Assembly: GCA_016124425.1 (NCBI GenBank)
Contig: WGNT01000054.1
Span: 23 to 64,022 of the forward strand
DNA: 64,000 bases
From: Cytophagales bacterium
GTDB taxonomy: Bacteria; Bacteroidota; Bacteroidia; Cytophagales; Cyclobacteriaceae
Direction of reading: 5' to 3'
Within the stretch, counting starts at the first letter, position 1. Each line of letters starts with the position of its first letter. Shown here piece by piece: positions 18,804 to 28,631 of this stretch. The position numbers were made by a program, and so were the translations under genes. The notes beneath the pieces are model-generated. The model was not told the origin of the DNA and did no database searches. It saw only the letters and a program-made list of their open reading frames with translations.

Positions 18804-19579
18804 TAAGTAAGTTATCCCAGATACACCCGGAAGCATCCCTTGGAAACAATGTGACCATTGAACCTTTCACCACGATACATGACAATGTGGAAATTGGTGA
18901 TGATTCTTGGATCGGCTCGAATGTGACGATCTATCCAGGGGCTCGAATAGGTAAAGGATGTAAAATTTTCCCTGGCGCTGTCATTTCCGCTATCCCTCAG
19001 GACCTCAAATTCCAAGGAGAGGATTCCATTGTCGAAATTGGTGATAATACCACCATCAGGGAATGTGTTACCGTAAACAGAGGGACCGTGGATAAAAAAA
19101 CAACCAAGATCGGGAATTCCTGTTTGGTGATGGCATACGTCCATATTGCCCACGACTGTATCATTGGTAATCATGTAATCATAGCCAATACCGTACAAGT
19201 GGCCGGGCACGTCACAGTAGATGAATGGGCATTTATCGGTGGAAGCAGCGCCATACACCAATTTGTGAAAATAGGCATGCACAGCATGATATCCGGAGGC
19301 TCTCTGGTTCGAAAGGACGTGCCCCCATATACCAAAGCCGCTAGAGAACCCCTCAGCTACGCAGGGGTCAATTCCCTCGGGTTGCGCCGACGAGGATTTT
19401 CAGGTGACGTGATTAATCAGATTCAGGAGGTCTACAGGTACCTGTTCCTTCACAGTCTGAACAATAGCCGCGCACTTGAAGAGATTGAAATTAATCTGCC
19501 AGCAACCAAGGAACGTGACGAGATAGTCAACTTTATCCGTTCGTCGGAGAGGGGAGTGATGAAAGGTTATATTCAATAA
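18800..19579 (+). CDS. lpxA: Acyl-ACP--UDP-GlcNAc O-acyltransferase
   Basis: Hexapeptide repeats, PQDLKF.GE, IRE.VT.NRGT, H.AHDC and HQF motifs. Confidence 0.97.
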   Translation: MISKLSQIHPEASLGNNVTIEPFTTIHDNVEIGDDSWIGSNVTIYPGARIGKGCKIFPGAVISAIPQDLKFQGEDSIVEIGDNTTIRECVTVNRGTVDKKTTKIGNSCLVMAYVHIAHDCIIGNHVIIANTVQVAGHVTVDEWAFIGGSSAIHQFVKIGMHSMISGGSLVRKDVPPYTKAAREPLSYAGVNSLGLRRRGFSGDVINQIQEVYRYLFLHSLNNSRALEEIEINLPATKERDEIVNFIRSSERGVMKGYIQ

Positions 19580-19581
19580 CC

Positions 19582-20217
19582 ATGCTTCGCGTAGAGCTAA
19601 AGAATGTCGGAAAGCGATTTCAATACGAATGGATTTTTAGAAACCTTAGCCTTTCCATCAACGCAGGAGATCGAATTGCCATTACCGGTAGCAACGGATC
19701 CGGAAAATCCACTTTTCTTAAATGCCTTGCAGGACAGCAGCCCTTATCTGAAGGTGATCTTTGTTATGTTTCGGACGGGAAGCCGCTTCCAGCATCTGAC
19801 CAGTTTAAGTACGTTTCTATATCAGCCCCCTATTTGGAACTCCCCGAAGAATTTACCCTAAAGGAATTTCTCACCTTTCACATCAAGTTCAAACCCTTGG
19901 TCGACAAGCATAGGGTGGACGATCTTATTTCCCTTATGGAGCTCACCAAGTCCGCAAATAAGCCGCTCCAGAACTTTTCTTCGGGCATGAAGCAGCGGGT
20001 TAAACTCGGGATGTGTTTTCTATCTGCGTCGCCTTTGCTTCTCCTAGACGAACCCACTTCAAACCTTGACGAAAAGGGCGTGGCGTGGTACCGAAAACTA
20101 GCCGAAACATATGGAAAAGAAAAAAGTTTGATAATCGGGTCCAATGATCAGAGAGAGTTTTCCTTTTGTACCTTAGAAATTAATATTGAAGCGTATAAGC
20201 CAGGACGCACTCTTTGA
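19582..20217 (+). CDS. ABC transporter ATP-binding protein
   Basis: Walker A GSNGSGKS, signature FSSGMKQR, Walker B LLLLDEP. Confidence 0.92.
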   Translation: MLRVELKNVGKRFQYEWIFRNLSLSINAGDRIAITGSNGSGKSTFLKCLAGQQPLSEGDLCYVSDGKPLPASDQFKYVSISAPYLELPEEFTLKEFLTFHIKFKPLVDKHRVDDLISLMELTKSANKPLQNFSSGMKQRVKLGMCFLSASPLLLLDEPTSNLDEKGVAWYRKLAETYGKEKSLIIGSNDQREFSFCTLEINIEAYKPGRTL

Positions 20218-20264
20218 TATTGGGATAAAAAGATTAATTTTACAGCGTTGTTACTTCTGCGATT

Positions 20265-20768
20265 ATGAAAAATAGCCTTATTTTGTTGCTTACTGCTTTT
20301 GCCACCGTCGTCTTTTTTTCCTGCGGCAATGATGACGACAACGGTCCTCAAAAATCAGCGGAAGAATTGGCCGTTGAAAAATTAGCAGGTGAACTTAATG
20401 GAAGGACCTGGACCGTGAGCAACGGCGGGTCCGTCTCTAGGGACGGCACCTCCCAAACAGCCACCTTTTCAAATTTCGAGATAACCTTCCGTTCGAGCTC
20501 GTCGGCGGGAAAAACCTACAGTACCACCGGAGGCACAGGGTTATTTGACCCGTCCGGTACGTGGATGATAGAAGGTGAAAACAATGACAACATACAGCTG
20601 ACAGGCATTCAAGCAGCATCCGGTGTACCGATAAAATTCTCTCCAAATACCCCAACACAAAGCTCTCTTAATGATCTTAGGCTAGACTTTACAATTTCAG
20701 CACCCGCCAATGGGAGAGTCAATGGATTGGTGGGCTATTATGTATTTGACTTAAAATTAAAAAATTAA
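20265..20768 (+). CDS. Hypothetical lipoprotein (lipocalin-like beta fold possible)
   Basis: Lipobox FFSC followed by acidic NDDDN; G.TW and SGTW motifs. Confidence 0.75.
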   Translation: MKNSLILLLTAFATVVFFSCGNDDDNGPQKSAEELAVEKLAGELNGRTWTVSNGGSVSRDGTSQTATFSNFEITFRSSSSAGKTYSTTGGTGLFDPSGTWMIEGENNDNIQLTGIQAASGVPIKFSPNTPTQSSLNDLRLDFTISAPANGRVNGLVGYYVFDLKLKN

Positions 20769-20771
20769 CGT

Positions 20772-21206
20772 ATGCCCAAATTCATCATTTTATTCGCAAT
20801 GATCGGCTTGCTGTCTTTACAGACCGCAATGGCCCAGAACAAAGAAGTACTAGCAGTAGAAAAAGCAGTACTCCAATTAAAGGATGCCATGCTCAGTGGT
20901 GAAGCGTCTAGCCTGCGAAATATATCTTCCAAAGACCTGACCTATGGACACTCTAACGGTACCATTGAAGATCAGGAGGCTTTCATTGAAGCCCTAGCAA
21001 GCGGCAACAACGACTTCACCAGCATTACACTTACTGACCAACATATTGATGTCCTGGGAAAGATTGCCTTGGTCCGCCATAACCTTAGCGGCAACACACA
21101 TAATAAGGGCGCAGAGCCAGCAGAAGTGAAGCTGGGCGTATTGCTGGTATGGCAAAAAGAAGGCAAAGACTGGAAGCTTCTGGCGAGACAAGCCTTCAAG
21201 CGCTAA
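20772..21206 (+). CDS. NTF2-like (DUF4440) secreted protein
   Basis: Signal peptide; L.YGHS.G..E and VLLVWQK....WKLLARQA motifs. Confidence 0.85.
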   Translation: MPKFIILFAMIGLLSLQTAMAQNKEVLAVEKAVLQLKDAMLSGEASSLRNISSKDLTYGHSNGTIEDQEAFIEALASGNNDFTSITLTDQHIDVLGKIALVRHNLSGNTHNKGAEPAEVKLGVLLVWQKEGKDWKLLARQAFKR

Positions 21207-21216
21207 TTCTTACACC

Positions 21217-23616
21217 TTAGTTCTCCCGAAGCGCTACTAACGTAACGCCTGCACCTCCCCTTTCTACGTGCTCATCTGTAAACCGGCTGACCGGCTTCAT
21301 TTGACGTAGAAGGTTGCGGGTGAGATCACGTAGGATTCCGTCTCCTTTACCGTGGATCACGCGAAGGTCTTTCATCCCTAGCATGTATCCTTCATCGATG
21401 AAGTTTTGTAGCAGTGGGAAAATTTCCTCTCCTCTTTTTCCCCGGATATCCAAGTTTGTGGAGAAATCCATCATCTTTCCCGTAGTATCGTATCCTGTAT
21501 TCCTAGGGAGTGACTTCTTTTCCTTTTTAATTTCAGCAGCCGAAATCTTCTCCAACCGTTCAAGTTTCACGTTGGATTTAAGATCGCCTATGCTGATTTC
21601 AGCAGACTTTTGCTGGATAGCCAGTACCTCCGCAATTGCGCCATTGTCTTTCACCCGGACATAGTCTCCCGGTAAAATCTCTCCCCCTATTACCTTAATT
21701 TCCTGTACTTTTTTCTCGGGCTTTATTTTCTCGGGTTTTATCGAAGACTTGTGCGATTCGAGCGATTCCCTGAGCCTTTTGGTAGCTTCTTTATCTGCTT
21801 TTTGCTCCTTGATTTCACGGATCGTCCGCTCAATCTTTTTATTGGTTTCTTCGAGCAAGGTGCTTGCCTGTATTTTTGCCTCGTTGACTATTTCCTTTTT
21901 TCGAGACTCCAATACTGCCTTTAGTTCCTTGTATTCCTCCATCCGTCTGGAAAGAATTTGTTCCCGCTTTTCATTTTCAATCAGCAGTTGCTGGTACTTG
22001 TTTTTTTCACCTTCTAGCTTTAGCAACAGCTTATCGTAATTCACGCGTGTTTCGCCCACTTGAGCTTTTGCATGGAGAATGATCTCATCGGGAATGCCAA
22101 TCTTCCGTGCTATCTCAAACGCAAACGAACTCCCAGGCTTGCCGATCTCAAGTTGATAAAGCGGCTCCAGGTGTTCCACGTCATAGCGCATCGCTCCATT
22201 AACCAAGCCTTGGCTCTTTGATGCCAACTGCTTGAGGTTACCATAATGGGTAGTCACCACACCAAACGCACCACTTTTGTTCAGCTCAATTAAGATCCCC
22301 TCCGCGATGGCACCTCCAAATTGCGGCTCTGTGCCCGTTCCGAATTCATCAATGAAAAATATGGTCTTCTTGTTAGATAGTAGTGTAAAGTACTTCATGT
22401 TCATCAAGTGTGAACTGTAGGTACTTAGGTCATTTTCCAGGTTTTGTTCGTCTCCGATGTCAATGAAGAACTGGTCAAACACGCAACAAGTAGATGCAGC
22501 ATCTACTGGTATTAGCAAGCCACACTGAAACATGTACTGCAATAAGGCGACCGTTTTTAATGTCACCGACTTGCCACCGGCGTTTGGCCCAGAAATAACA
22601 AGTATGCGCCTGTTGTGATCCAACGAAACGTTTATAGGTATGATAGGCTTCTTTTGCTGCTTTAGCGTGATTTCCAGAAGTGGATGTCGGGCATTTTCCC
22701 ATTTGAGGATCTTTTGCTTTTCTATCGCAGGCTTATTTCCGTCAATCTGTAACGCGAACTTTGCTTTAGCGCGAATAAAATCTACTAATCCCAAGAAATG
22801 AAATGCCCGTTTTAAGTCCGGAATAAAACCACGTAAGACGTCGGTTAGCTTTGTAAGTATCTTTTGGATCTCCCGGCGCTCCATGTAGACCAGGTCTCTT
22901 ATCTCATTGTTAATATCCAATACTTCCGCAGGCTCCATAAAAACCGTTTGGCCGGTTGCGGATTCATCGTGAATAAATCCCTTTATACGTCGCTTGTATT
23001 CCGCCAGTACAGGCATGACCATACGTCCGCCGCGGATCGTAATTGCCGCGTCATCCGGGGTAAGTCCTTGCGCTTTTGCTGCACGAAACACACCCTCCAA
23101 CACCTTCCTCAGCCGATTTTCTTCATATATCAATTGGTTGCGGATCATGCTAAGTTCTGCCGTAGCATTGTTTCTGATTTTCCCTTTCTCGTCCATTACC
23201 CGATCGATCGCACGAATCAAGGTCCGGTCATCATTGACCATTCCCAACAATTCAAAGAGTTGCGGGTATTCCGTTTCGTGGGACTTCAAAAAGTCGACAC
23301 AACCGGCCAAGGTACTTAAGCCAAGCTTGATCTCGTGAAATTCATCTTCATAGAGAAAGGTACCTTCAACCCGGGCCTTGTCAAGATACGGATGAATGTT
23401 AATGAAATTAGAGGAGGGAAACATCTCTCCGGATTCCAGCACCTTTCGAAATTCCTCAGTTTGATCCAAAAGCCGTTGAATCAGCCTAGGATCCCTAGAA
23501 AAGGTGATTTTATCGACAAAATCCGTCCCCAGCGTACTGGTACAGGAAGCCTTAATGAGGTCTTTGATCTTGTCAAAATTGATCTTTTGTTCCAGGTTGG
23601 CAGGATATATTTTCAT
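21217..23616 (-). CDS. mutS2: MutS2 endonuclease/ATPase with Smr domain
   Basis: HDESATGQTVF.EP, SGPNAGGKS, DIGDEQ...DLSTYSSH, DEFG.GT, and Smr IHGKG.GILR. Confidence 0.96.
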   Translation of the reverse strand: MKIYPANLEQKINFDKIKDLIKASCTSTLGTDFVDKITFSRDPRLIQRLLDQTEEFRKVLESGEMFPSSNFINIHPYLDKARVEGTFLYEDEFHEIKLGLSTLAGCVDFLKSHETEYPQLFELLGMVNDDRTLIRAIDRVMDEKGKIRNNATAELSMIRNQLIYEENRLRKVLEGVFRAAKAQGLTPDDAAITIRGGRMVMPVLAEYKRRIKGFIHDESATGQTVFMEPAEVLDINNEIRDLVYMERREIQKILTKLTDVLRGFIPDLKRAFHFLGLVDFIRAKAKFALQIDGNKPAIEKQKILKWENARHPLLEITLKQQKKPIIPINVSLDHNRRILVISGPNAGGKSVTLKTVALLQYMFQCGLLIPVDAASTCCVFDQFFIDIGDEQNLENDLSTYSSHLMNMKYFTLLSNKKTIFFIDEFGTGTEPQFGGAIAEGILIELNKSGAFGVVTTHYGNLKQLASKSQGLVNGAMRYDVEHLEPLYQLEIGKPGSSFAFEIARKIGIPDEIILHAKAQVGETRVNYDKLLLKLEGEKNKYQQLLIENEKREQILSRRMEEYKELKAVLESRKKEIVNEAKIQASTLLEETNKKIERTIREIKEQKADKEATKRLRESLESHKSSIKPEKIKPEKKVQEIKVIGGEILPGDYVRVKDNGAIAEVLAIQQKSAEISIGDLKSNVKLERLEKISAAEIKKEKKSLPRNTGYDTTGKMMDFSTNLDIRGKRGEEIFPLLQNFIDEGYMLGMKDLRVIHGKGDGILRDLTRNLLRQMKPVSRFTDEHVERGGAGVTLVALREN

Positions 23617-23955
23617 CTAAAGGTCAGCACGTTTTTCCATAAGAGAAAGCGAGTCAATGGCCCGTTCATAGATCCGTTCCATAAACTTGGCATCCTTCAA
23701 GTGGTATTGTAGGCTTTTGATATAAACACTATCTGGAACATCATGTTTTTCAAAAATTTGTTGTTCCAGGATGGGGTACAACTTTTTGGAGGAATCATAG
23801 GGAATAGGCAAGGCTTGAACAAACCCTTCCGTAAGGTGAATATCAATGAGGATTTCAACCATTTTCTCTTCCGATACAAGGCCTTCGGGCTTGGAATCTG
23901 AGGAACATCCAGCGCAAATCCAAGCAGCAATTAATACAATCAAAATATATTTCAC
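23617..23955 (-). CDS. DUF4296-like lipoprotein
   Basis: Lipobox CAGC; KP..L.S.EKM..IL.DIHL.E, IFEKH.V and S..YH motifs. Confidence 0.8.
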   Translation of the reverse strand: MKYILIVLIAAWICAGCSSDSKPEGLVSEEKMVEILIDIHLTEGFVQALPIPYDSSKKLYPILEQQIFEKHDVPDSVYIKSLQYHLKDAKFMERIYERAIDSLSLMEKRADL

Positions 23956-24061
23956 GCCACAAAATTACCCAAATAGTTTTGAAATTGGCAATAAGTAACG
24001 CGCAAGACGTTTTATTATTCGACGGAGTACCTTAAATTAGGCCTCTGATAAGCGAGGACGC

Positions 24062-24940
24062 ATGAACCAACTCATTAAAAAATTACGGAGGTACGAAATA
24101 ATGCTCCGAAAAATAGCCAATAATCACCTTCAGGGGGATTATCAGTCCATTTTTAAAGGAGCTGGATTGGAATTTGATGACCTCCGTCCGTACCAGTATG
24201 GTGACGACATCCGTACCATCGAATGGAAGGTGTCGGCCAAAGGTCACGGTACATTTGTGAAAACTTTCAAAGAAGACAAAGACCAGTCGGTTTATTTTTT
24301 GGTGGATATCAGCGGATCCCAAGACATAGGAAGTAACGAACGGAAAAAAATTGATACCGGAAAAGAAATAGCCGGTGTACTGACCCTTGCCGCGGTACAT
24401 GAGGGAAGCCAAGTAGGACTAGTAAGCTTCTCCGACCAAAAAGAACGAATCATCGTCCCAGGGAAAGGTCCCCGGCAAGCTGTCAAAATTATTAAGGGCC
24501 TTTTTTCGTATGAAAACAAGTCGAAAAAAACCGATTTGAACGCCATGTTCTCCTTTTGTTTGAATCTTATCAAAAAGCGGAGCATTGTCATCATTATCAG
24601 TGACTTCATAGATGAAAATTATCAAGCGCCCTTGAAATCACTGGCTAACAAACATGATTTAGTTGTAATTCAACTCACAGATCCCTTGGAATCCGCGCTT
24701 CCCTCTTTGGGAATTATCCCCGTCTACGACAAAGAAGAGGGTAAAACAACTTGGGTAAACACGGCATTTGGGGGATTTTCGAAGAAAATCTTCCAGTCTT
24801 TTCACACGGACCGGGCCTCGCTTCAGACACTATGTAAAAAAAACCAAATCAATTACCTCCAAATGGATACGAGGCAAGACATTGTTTTACCTTTGATGGA
24901 ATTATTTAAAATCAGAAACCGAACCATGAAACGTGGGTAA
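24062..24940 (+). CDS. DUF58 domain protein (MoxR/Bat-associated)
   Basis: G.Y.S.FKG.GLEF...R.YQYGDDIR.I.W.V.A, LVDISGS and IISDF motifs. Confidence 0.93.
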   Translation: MNQLIKKLRRYEIMLRKIANNHLQGDYQSIFKGAGLEFDDLRPYQYGDDIRTIEWKVSAKGHGTFVKTFKEDKDQSVYFLVDISGSQDIGSNERKKIDTGKEIAGVLTLAAVHEGSQVGLVSFSDQKERIIVPGKGPRQAVKIIKGLFSYENKSKKTDLNAMFSFCLNLIKKRSIVIIISDFIDENYQAPLKSLANKHDLVVIQLTDPLESALPSLGIIPVYDKEEGKTTWVNTAFGGFSKKIFQSFHTDRASLQTLCKKNQINYLQMDTRQDIVLPLMELFKIRNRTMKRG

Positions 24941-25832
24941 ACTCATTTGCTTTCTTCTTAGCTGTACGTTATCGGGGCTGTCATTTGTTGTAAAAGCACA
25001 AGAGGTCGCTGTAGAAGGTTATTTCTTAAAGGACTCTGCTATGCTGGGTGAACGTGTGGGATACGTGCTTAAAGCTACCTATCCCTCGTCAATGGATATA
25101 CTTTTCCCGGATTCGACCTACCAGTTTGGCAGCATGGAATATTTGTCCAAGCAGACCTTCACCTCCTATACGGAGGATAGCCTTACCTTAGATTCTGCGG
25201 TTTATTTTCTCTCCAATTTTTCGTTGGAGCCTGTTAAGTCCTATCGAATCCCTGTCTTTGAAATTCTTCGGTACGACAGTATCAGCCATTTTCCGGAAGA
25301 TGCCAAGCTACACCTTGTACTAACAATCGACGAGCTTCCGGATGTACTTACCTATCAGGAAAACAACGCCTATCAAAAAATTTCCACTGGGATAAACTAT
25401 CCTTTAATCATCCTTGTCATCACTATAGGGCTGGTGCTCCTGGTTGTGGCGTTTTTTCTGTTTGGAAATCGGATACATGATGCTTGGTTGATATACCTTG
25501 AAAAAAGAAAACGCAAACGCTTCCTAGTACGGTGGCAACTTGCCAAGGAAAGGCTTGCGCGTCAGCCGGACTTGTCCAGTGCAGACGAGCTATTGGGCCT
25601 GTGGAAAAGCTACATGGAATCCCTCACGGGTAGCCCGTTCAGAGAATGGACAACCACCGAAATAGCCGAACACCTGAACCAGCCGGATGTTGTGAAGACC
25701 ATCCGTGATATTGAAATAATTATATATGCCGATAAGGTTTCTGATAATCTTGACAATGCCTGCCAGACCCTTACCGATATATCAGAAAATACCTTTAACC
25801 AGAAAATAAAATCCTACCAAGCACATGAATGA
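24933..25832 (+). CDS. Bat-operon membrane-anchored hypothetical protein
   Basis: Signal peptide, one TM helix and E.TT.EI motif; overlaps both the DUF58 and vWA genes. Confidence 0.75.
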   Translation: MGKLICFLLSCTLSGLSFVVKAQEVAVEGYFLKDSAMLGERVGYVLKATYPSSMDILFPDSTYQFGSMEYLSKQTFTSYTEDSLTLDSAVYFLSNFSLEPVKSYRIPVFEILRYDSISHFPEDAKLHLVLTIDELPDVLTYQENNAYQKISTGINYPLIILVITIGLVLLVVAFFLFGNRIHDAWLIYLEKRKRKRFLVRWQLAKERLARQPDLSSADELLGLWKSYMESLTGSPFREWTTTEIAEHLNQPDVVKTIRDIEIIIYADKVSDNLDNACQTLTDISENTFNQKIKSYQAHE

Positions 25833-26865
25833 GATCCTTCCCTATTTTTCATGGACGTGGTTTACCCCAGAGACATTCCGTACCTATGAATGGGAAAACT
25901 TGTGGGCGCTTCATCTGCTATGGGTAGTCCCTCTTATTCTCCTGATTCGAAAATTCGCCAAGATTTTAAAAAATCCGGTGTTGGAACTTTCTATTCCCAA
26001 GATGGTTCCTCAGAAAAATCCATGGACCTATCTCCGATTAATACCAATGATCTTTTTTATTTTCTTTCTATGGATGATCATCATCGCACTGGCAAGGCCT
26101 CAACGGACCAACGAAAAAGTAGAACAGTATACCGAGGGAATTGACATCATGCTGGTGATGGATATATCTGAATCCATGGACCTGCAGGACTTTACGCCAA
26201 ACAGGCTGGAAGCGGCTAAGGAAACGGCCATTGAATTTATCAACGGCCGGTTCGGAGACCGTATTGGTGTGGTAATTTTCTCGGGGGAAGCCTTTTCATT
26301 GGCGCCGCTTACCACGGATTACGATCTTTTGCGGGATCTGATAAGTGATATCTCATTTAACATGATGGACGCTAAAGGCACGGCTATTGGAAGTGCACTT
26401 TCAGTGGCCACAAATAGGATGAGGGATTCGGAGGCGAGTTCTAAGGTGATGGTGTTACTTAGCGACGGAGACAATAACGCCGGAAATGTCGACCCCATTT
26501 TTGCAGCACAACTCGCCACAGCCATGGAAATCAAAATCTACTCTGTCGCTGTAGGAAAAGACGGCATGGTACCCTATGGCACCGATTTCTTCGGAAGGCC
26601 ACAGATGATAGAAAGCTACCTGAATGAAGCTACACTTCGGGACATCGCAAGAATCGGTAATGGGAAGTTTTACCGTGCTTCGGATGGAGATGCCTTGGAA
26701 CGGATATTTGATGAAATAAACGAACTGGAAAAAGCAGAGATTATTGAGTCGCGCTATAGCGAAACCATTGATTTTTACCGCGTATATTTAGTGTGGGGGA
26801 TAGCGTTTTTCTTTGCTTGGTTGATCCTCAAAAACACCTTCTTCAACAATTTCCTGCTGGACTAG
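25825..26865 (+). CDS. batA: vWA-domain protein BatA
   Basis: ALARPQ, GIDIML..D.S.SM (MIDAS), NRLEAAK, GTAIG and LLSDG.NN.G motifs. Confidence 0.9.
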   Translation: MNEILPYFSWTWFTPETFRTYEWENLWALHLLWVVPLILLIRKFAKILKNPVLELSIPKMVPQKNPWTYLRLIPMIFFIFFLWMIIIALARPQRTNEKVEQYTEGIDIMLVMDISESMDLQDFTPNRLEAAKETAIEFINGRFGDRIGVVIFSGEAFSLAPLTTDYDLLRDLISDISFNMMDAKGTAIGSALSVATNRMRDSEASSKVMVLLSDGDNNAGNVDPIFAAQLATAMEIKIYSVAVGKDGMVPYGTDFFGRPQMIESYLNEATLRDIARIGNGKFYRASDGDALERIFDEINELEKAEIIESRYSETIDFYRVYLVWGIAFFFAWLILKNTFFNNFLLD

Positions 26866-27122
26866 CCGTTTCCGACAGCAAAAGACGCTGCCTTACATGT
26901 TTTCATCAGGCAGTGTCTTTTCCTTTGAAAGGAAAATCCAGGGAAAGTCGTAGTATACCTGTTCTGGCGGAAGTGGCATACGGTAGTCGTCTTCTTCCTT
27001 TCTTTATAAACCTGTGTAACTTACTATCTAACCTAGATGCCGTATTGATTTGTGGGAAAAGCCAGTTGGTAGATCGGATCTCTATACTTGAAATCCAATT
27101 GCCAATAAGCCGCAATTAACCC

Positions 27123-28547
27123 CTAACTCATCTCCCACCCCATTCTTACCGGTTCTTTAATATATTGATCTGCTTGAGGAAGGCCGACCGCGGTCATATT
27201 TTCGGCATCCCAATGGATCTTCTGGCCCTTCATCCGTAGCGACAATACTCCCAAAAGGGTGATCTCCGTAAGGTGGGCGCCATATTCAAAATTGGCGCTA
27301 GCTTTGGGTCCCCCCTTGATGGCGTCTACCCAGTCGCGAAAGTGACCATTCGATCGAGGTATGGTAGGAGTAGGTACGTTAATGGAACTTGCCAGCTTTT
27401 CCGGAAATACTTTTGGCGCTCGATTCCCCCCTTCATTGACAATGATGCCCTTGGAGCCTACGAAAAGGGTCCCTCTCCCGGGCCACTGATATCCCTTCGG
27501 CAGAGCCTCATGCAATGGTGGCTTCACACCTCCTGAATACCATGTCAGCTGAATAGGCGGACGCTTTCCATTCTTGCCAAAGTGATAATACCCTATTTCG
27601 CCATAGGGTGCTATATGTTCATTGCTGAACCCGGCTGGAAAGACTTCCACCGTCTCGGGGTAACCAAGGTCAAAGGCCCAAGTGGCGGCATCCATATCAT
27701 GGCAACCAAAATCCCCCAAAGCACCGCATCCAAAATCCCAAAAATCCCTCCATGTCACTGGCGTATACCAATCGTGAAAAGGGCGATGGGGCGTCGGGCC
27801 TAGCCAAAGATCCCAATCAAACCCGTCAGGTTTTCTCGTGTTGTAGGTAGGCATTGCTTTGACCTCCGGCAACCAACGGGTAGCCGGAACCCACGAGTGT
27901 GTTTCTTTAACCTCCCCTATCACGCCTCCTCGTAGATACTCTACTGTCTCCCTAATGCCGTCGGTGCTGTGTCCGACATTTCCCATTTGAGTAGCCAAAC
28001 CTGTTTCTTCGGTAAGCTTTTTGATCATTCTTGCCTCCCAAATATTGTGTGTGAGCGGCTTTTCGCAGTACACGTGTTTTCCGGCTTTCATTGCCATATA
28101 CGTAATATAGGCATGGGTATTGTCCGGCGTGGAGCAGCATATGGCATCCAACCCTGACTCCCTCTCTAACATGCGGCGGAAGTCTAGGTATTCCGCTACT
28201 TTGAAATTCTCAGTTTTATCGTAATAATGTTCCTCAATCATTCGCTTAACAGGTCCGCGCCCTGCAATCGACCTGTAATAAAAATTCGCTAAGTCCCAGT
28301 AATCTCCAGGGTCAGCAATAGCGATTAGCTGAACATCATCCAGTTTCATCAAATCTTCCGCATTTTGCCTGCCTTTTCCGCCAGCTCCAATGATTCCGAT
28401 AGTCACTTTGTCACTGGGGGCTACATAGCCTTTGCCTCCCAGAACAAACCTCGGCACAATATAAAAGCTTGCTGCCGCTGCAGCAGCTTGTTTTACAAAT
28501 TTTCTTCTCGTTGGTACAGTCATTGGGGAAGTGTTTTTGCTGGGCAT
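27123..28547 (-). CDS. Gfo/Idh/MocA-family oxidoreductase with Tat signal
   Basis: TRRKFVK signal; GIIGAGGKG, TPD..H, KHVYCEKPL, WDLWLGP and GALGDFGCH.MD motifs. Confidence 0.93.
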   Translation of the reverse strand: MPSKNTSPMTVPTRRKFVKQAAAAAASFYIVPRFVLGGKGYVAPSDKVTIGIIGAGGKGRQNAEDLMKLDDVQLIAIADPGDYWDLANFYYRSIAGRGPVKRMIEEHYYDKTENFKVAEYLDFRRMLERESGLDAICCSTPDNTHAYITYMAMKAGKHVYCEKPLTHNIWEARMIKKLTEETGLATQMGNVGHSTDGIRETVEYLRGGVIGEVKETHSWVPATRWLPEVKAMPTYNTRKPDGFDWDLWLGPTPHRPFHDWYTPVTWRDFWDFGCGALGDFGCHDMDAATWAFDLGYPETVEVFPAGFSNEHIAPYGEIGYYHFGKNGKRPPIQLTWYSGGVKPPLHEALPKGYQWPGRGTLFVGSKGIIVNEGGNRAPKVFPEKLASSINVPTPTIPRSNGHFRDWVDAIKGGPKASANFEYGAHLTEITLLGVLSLRMKGQKIHWDAENMTAVGLPQADQYIKEPVRMGWEMS

Positions 28548-28631
28548 GGGTGTCTTGTTTTGTTGTTAATACATGTATGGAAGTTTTCATTCCGAATATC
28601 GAATACAGGAGCTTTTACGGGTATATGGAAA

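Noticed and set aside
26793-27119. Small ORFs 26793-27119 (+) and 26906-27115 (-) between batA and the Gfo gene
   Set aside because: Non-ATG starts, no recognisable motifs and mutual overlap; probably non-coding.
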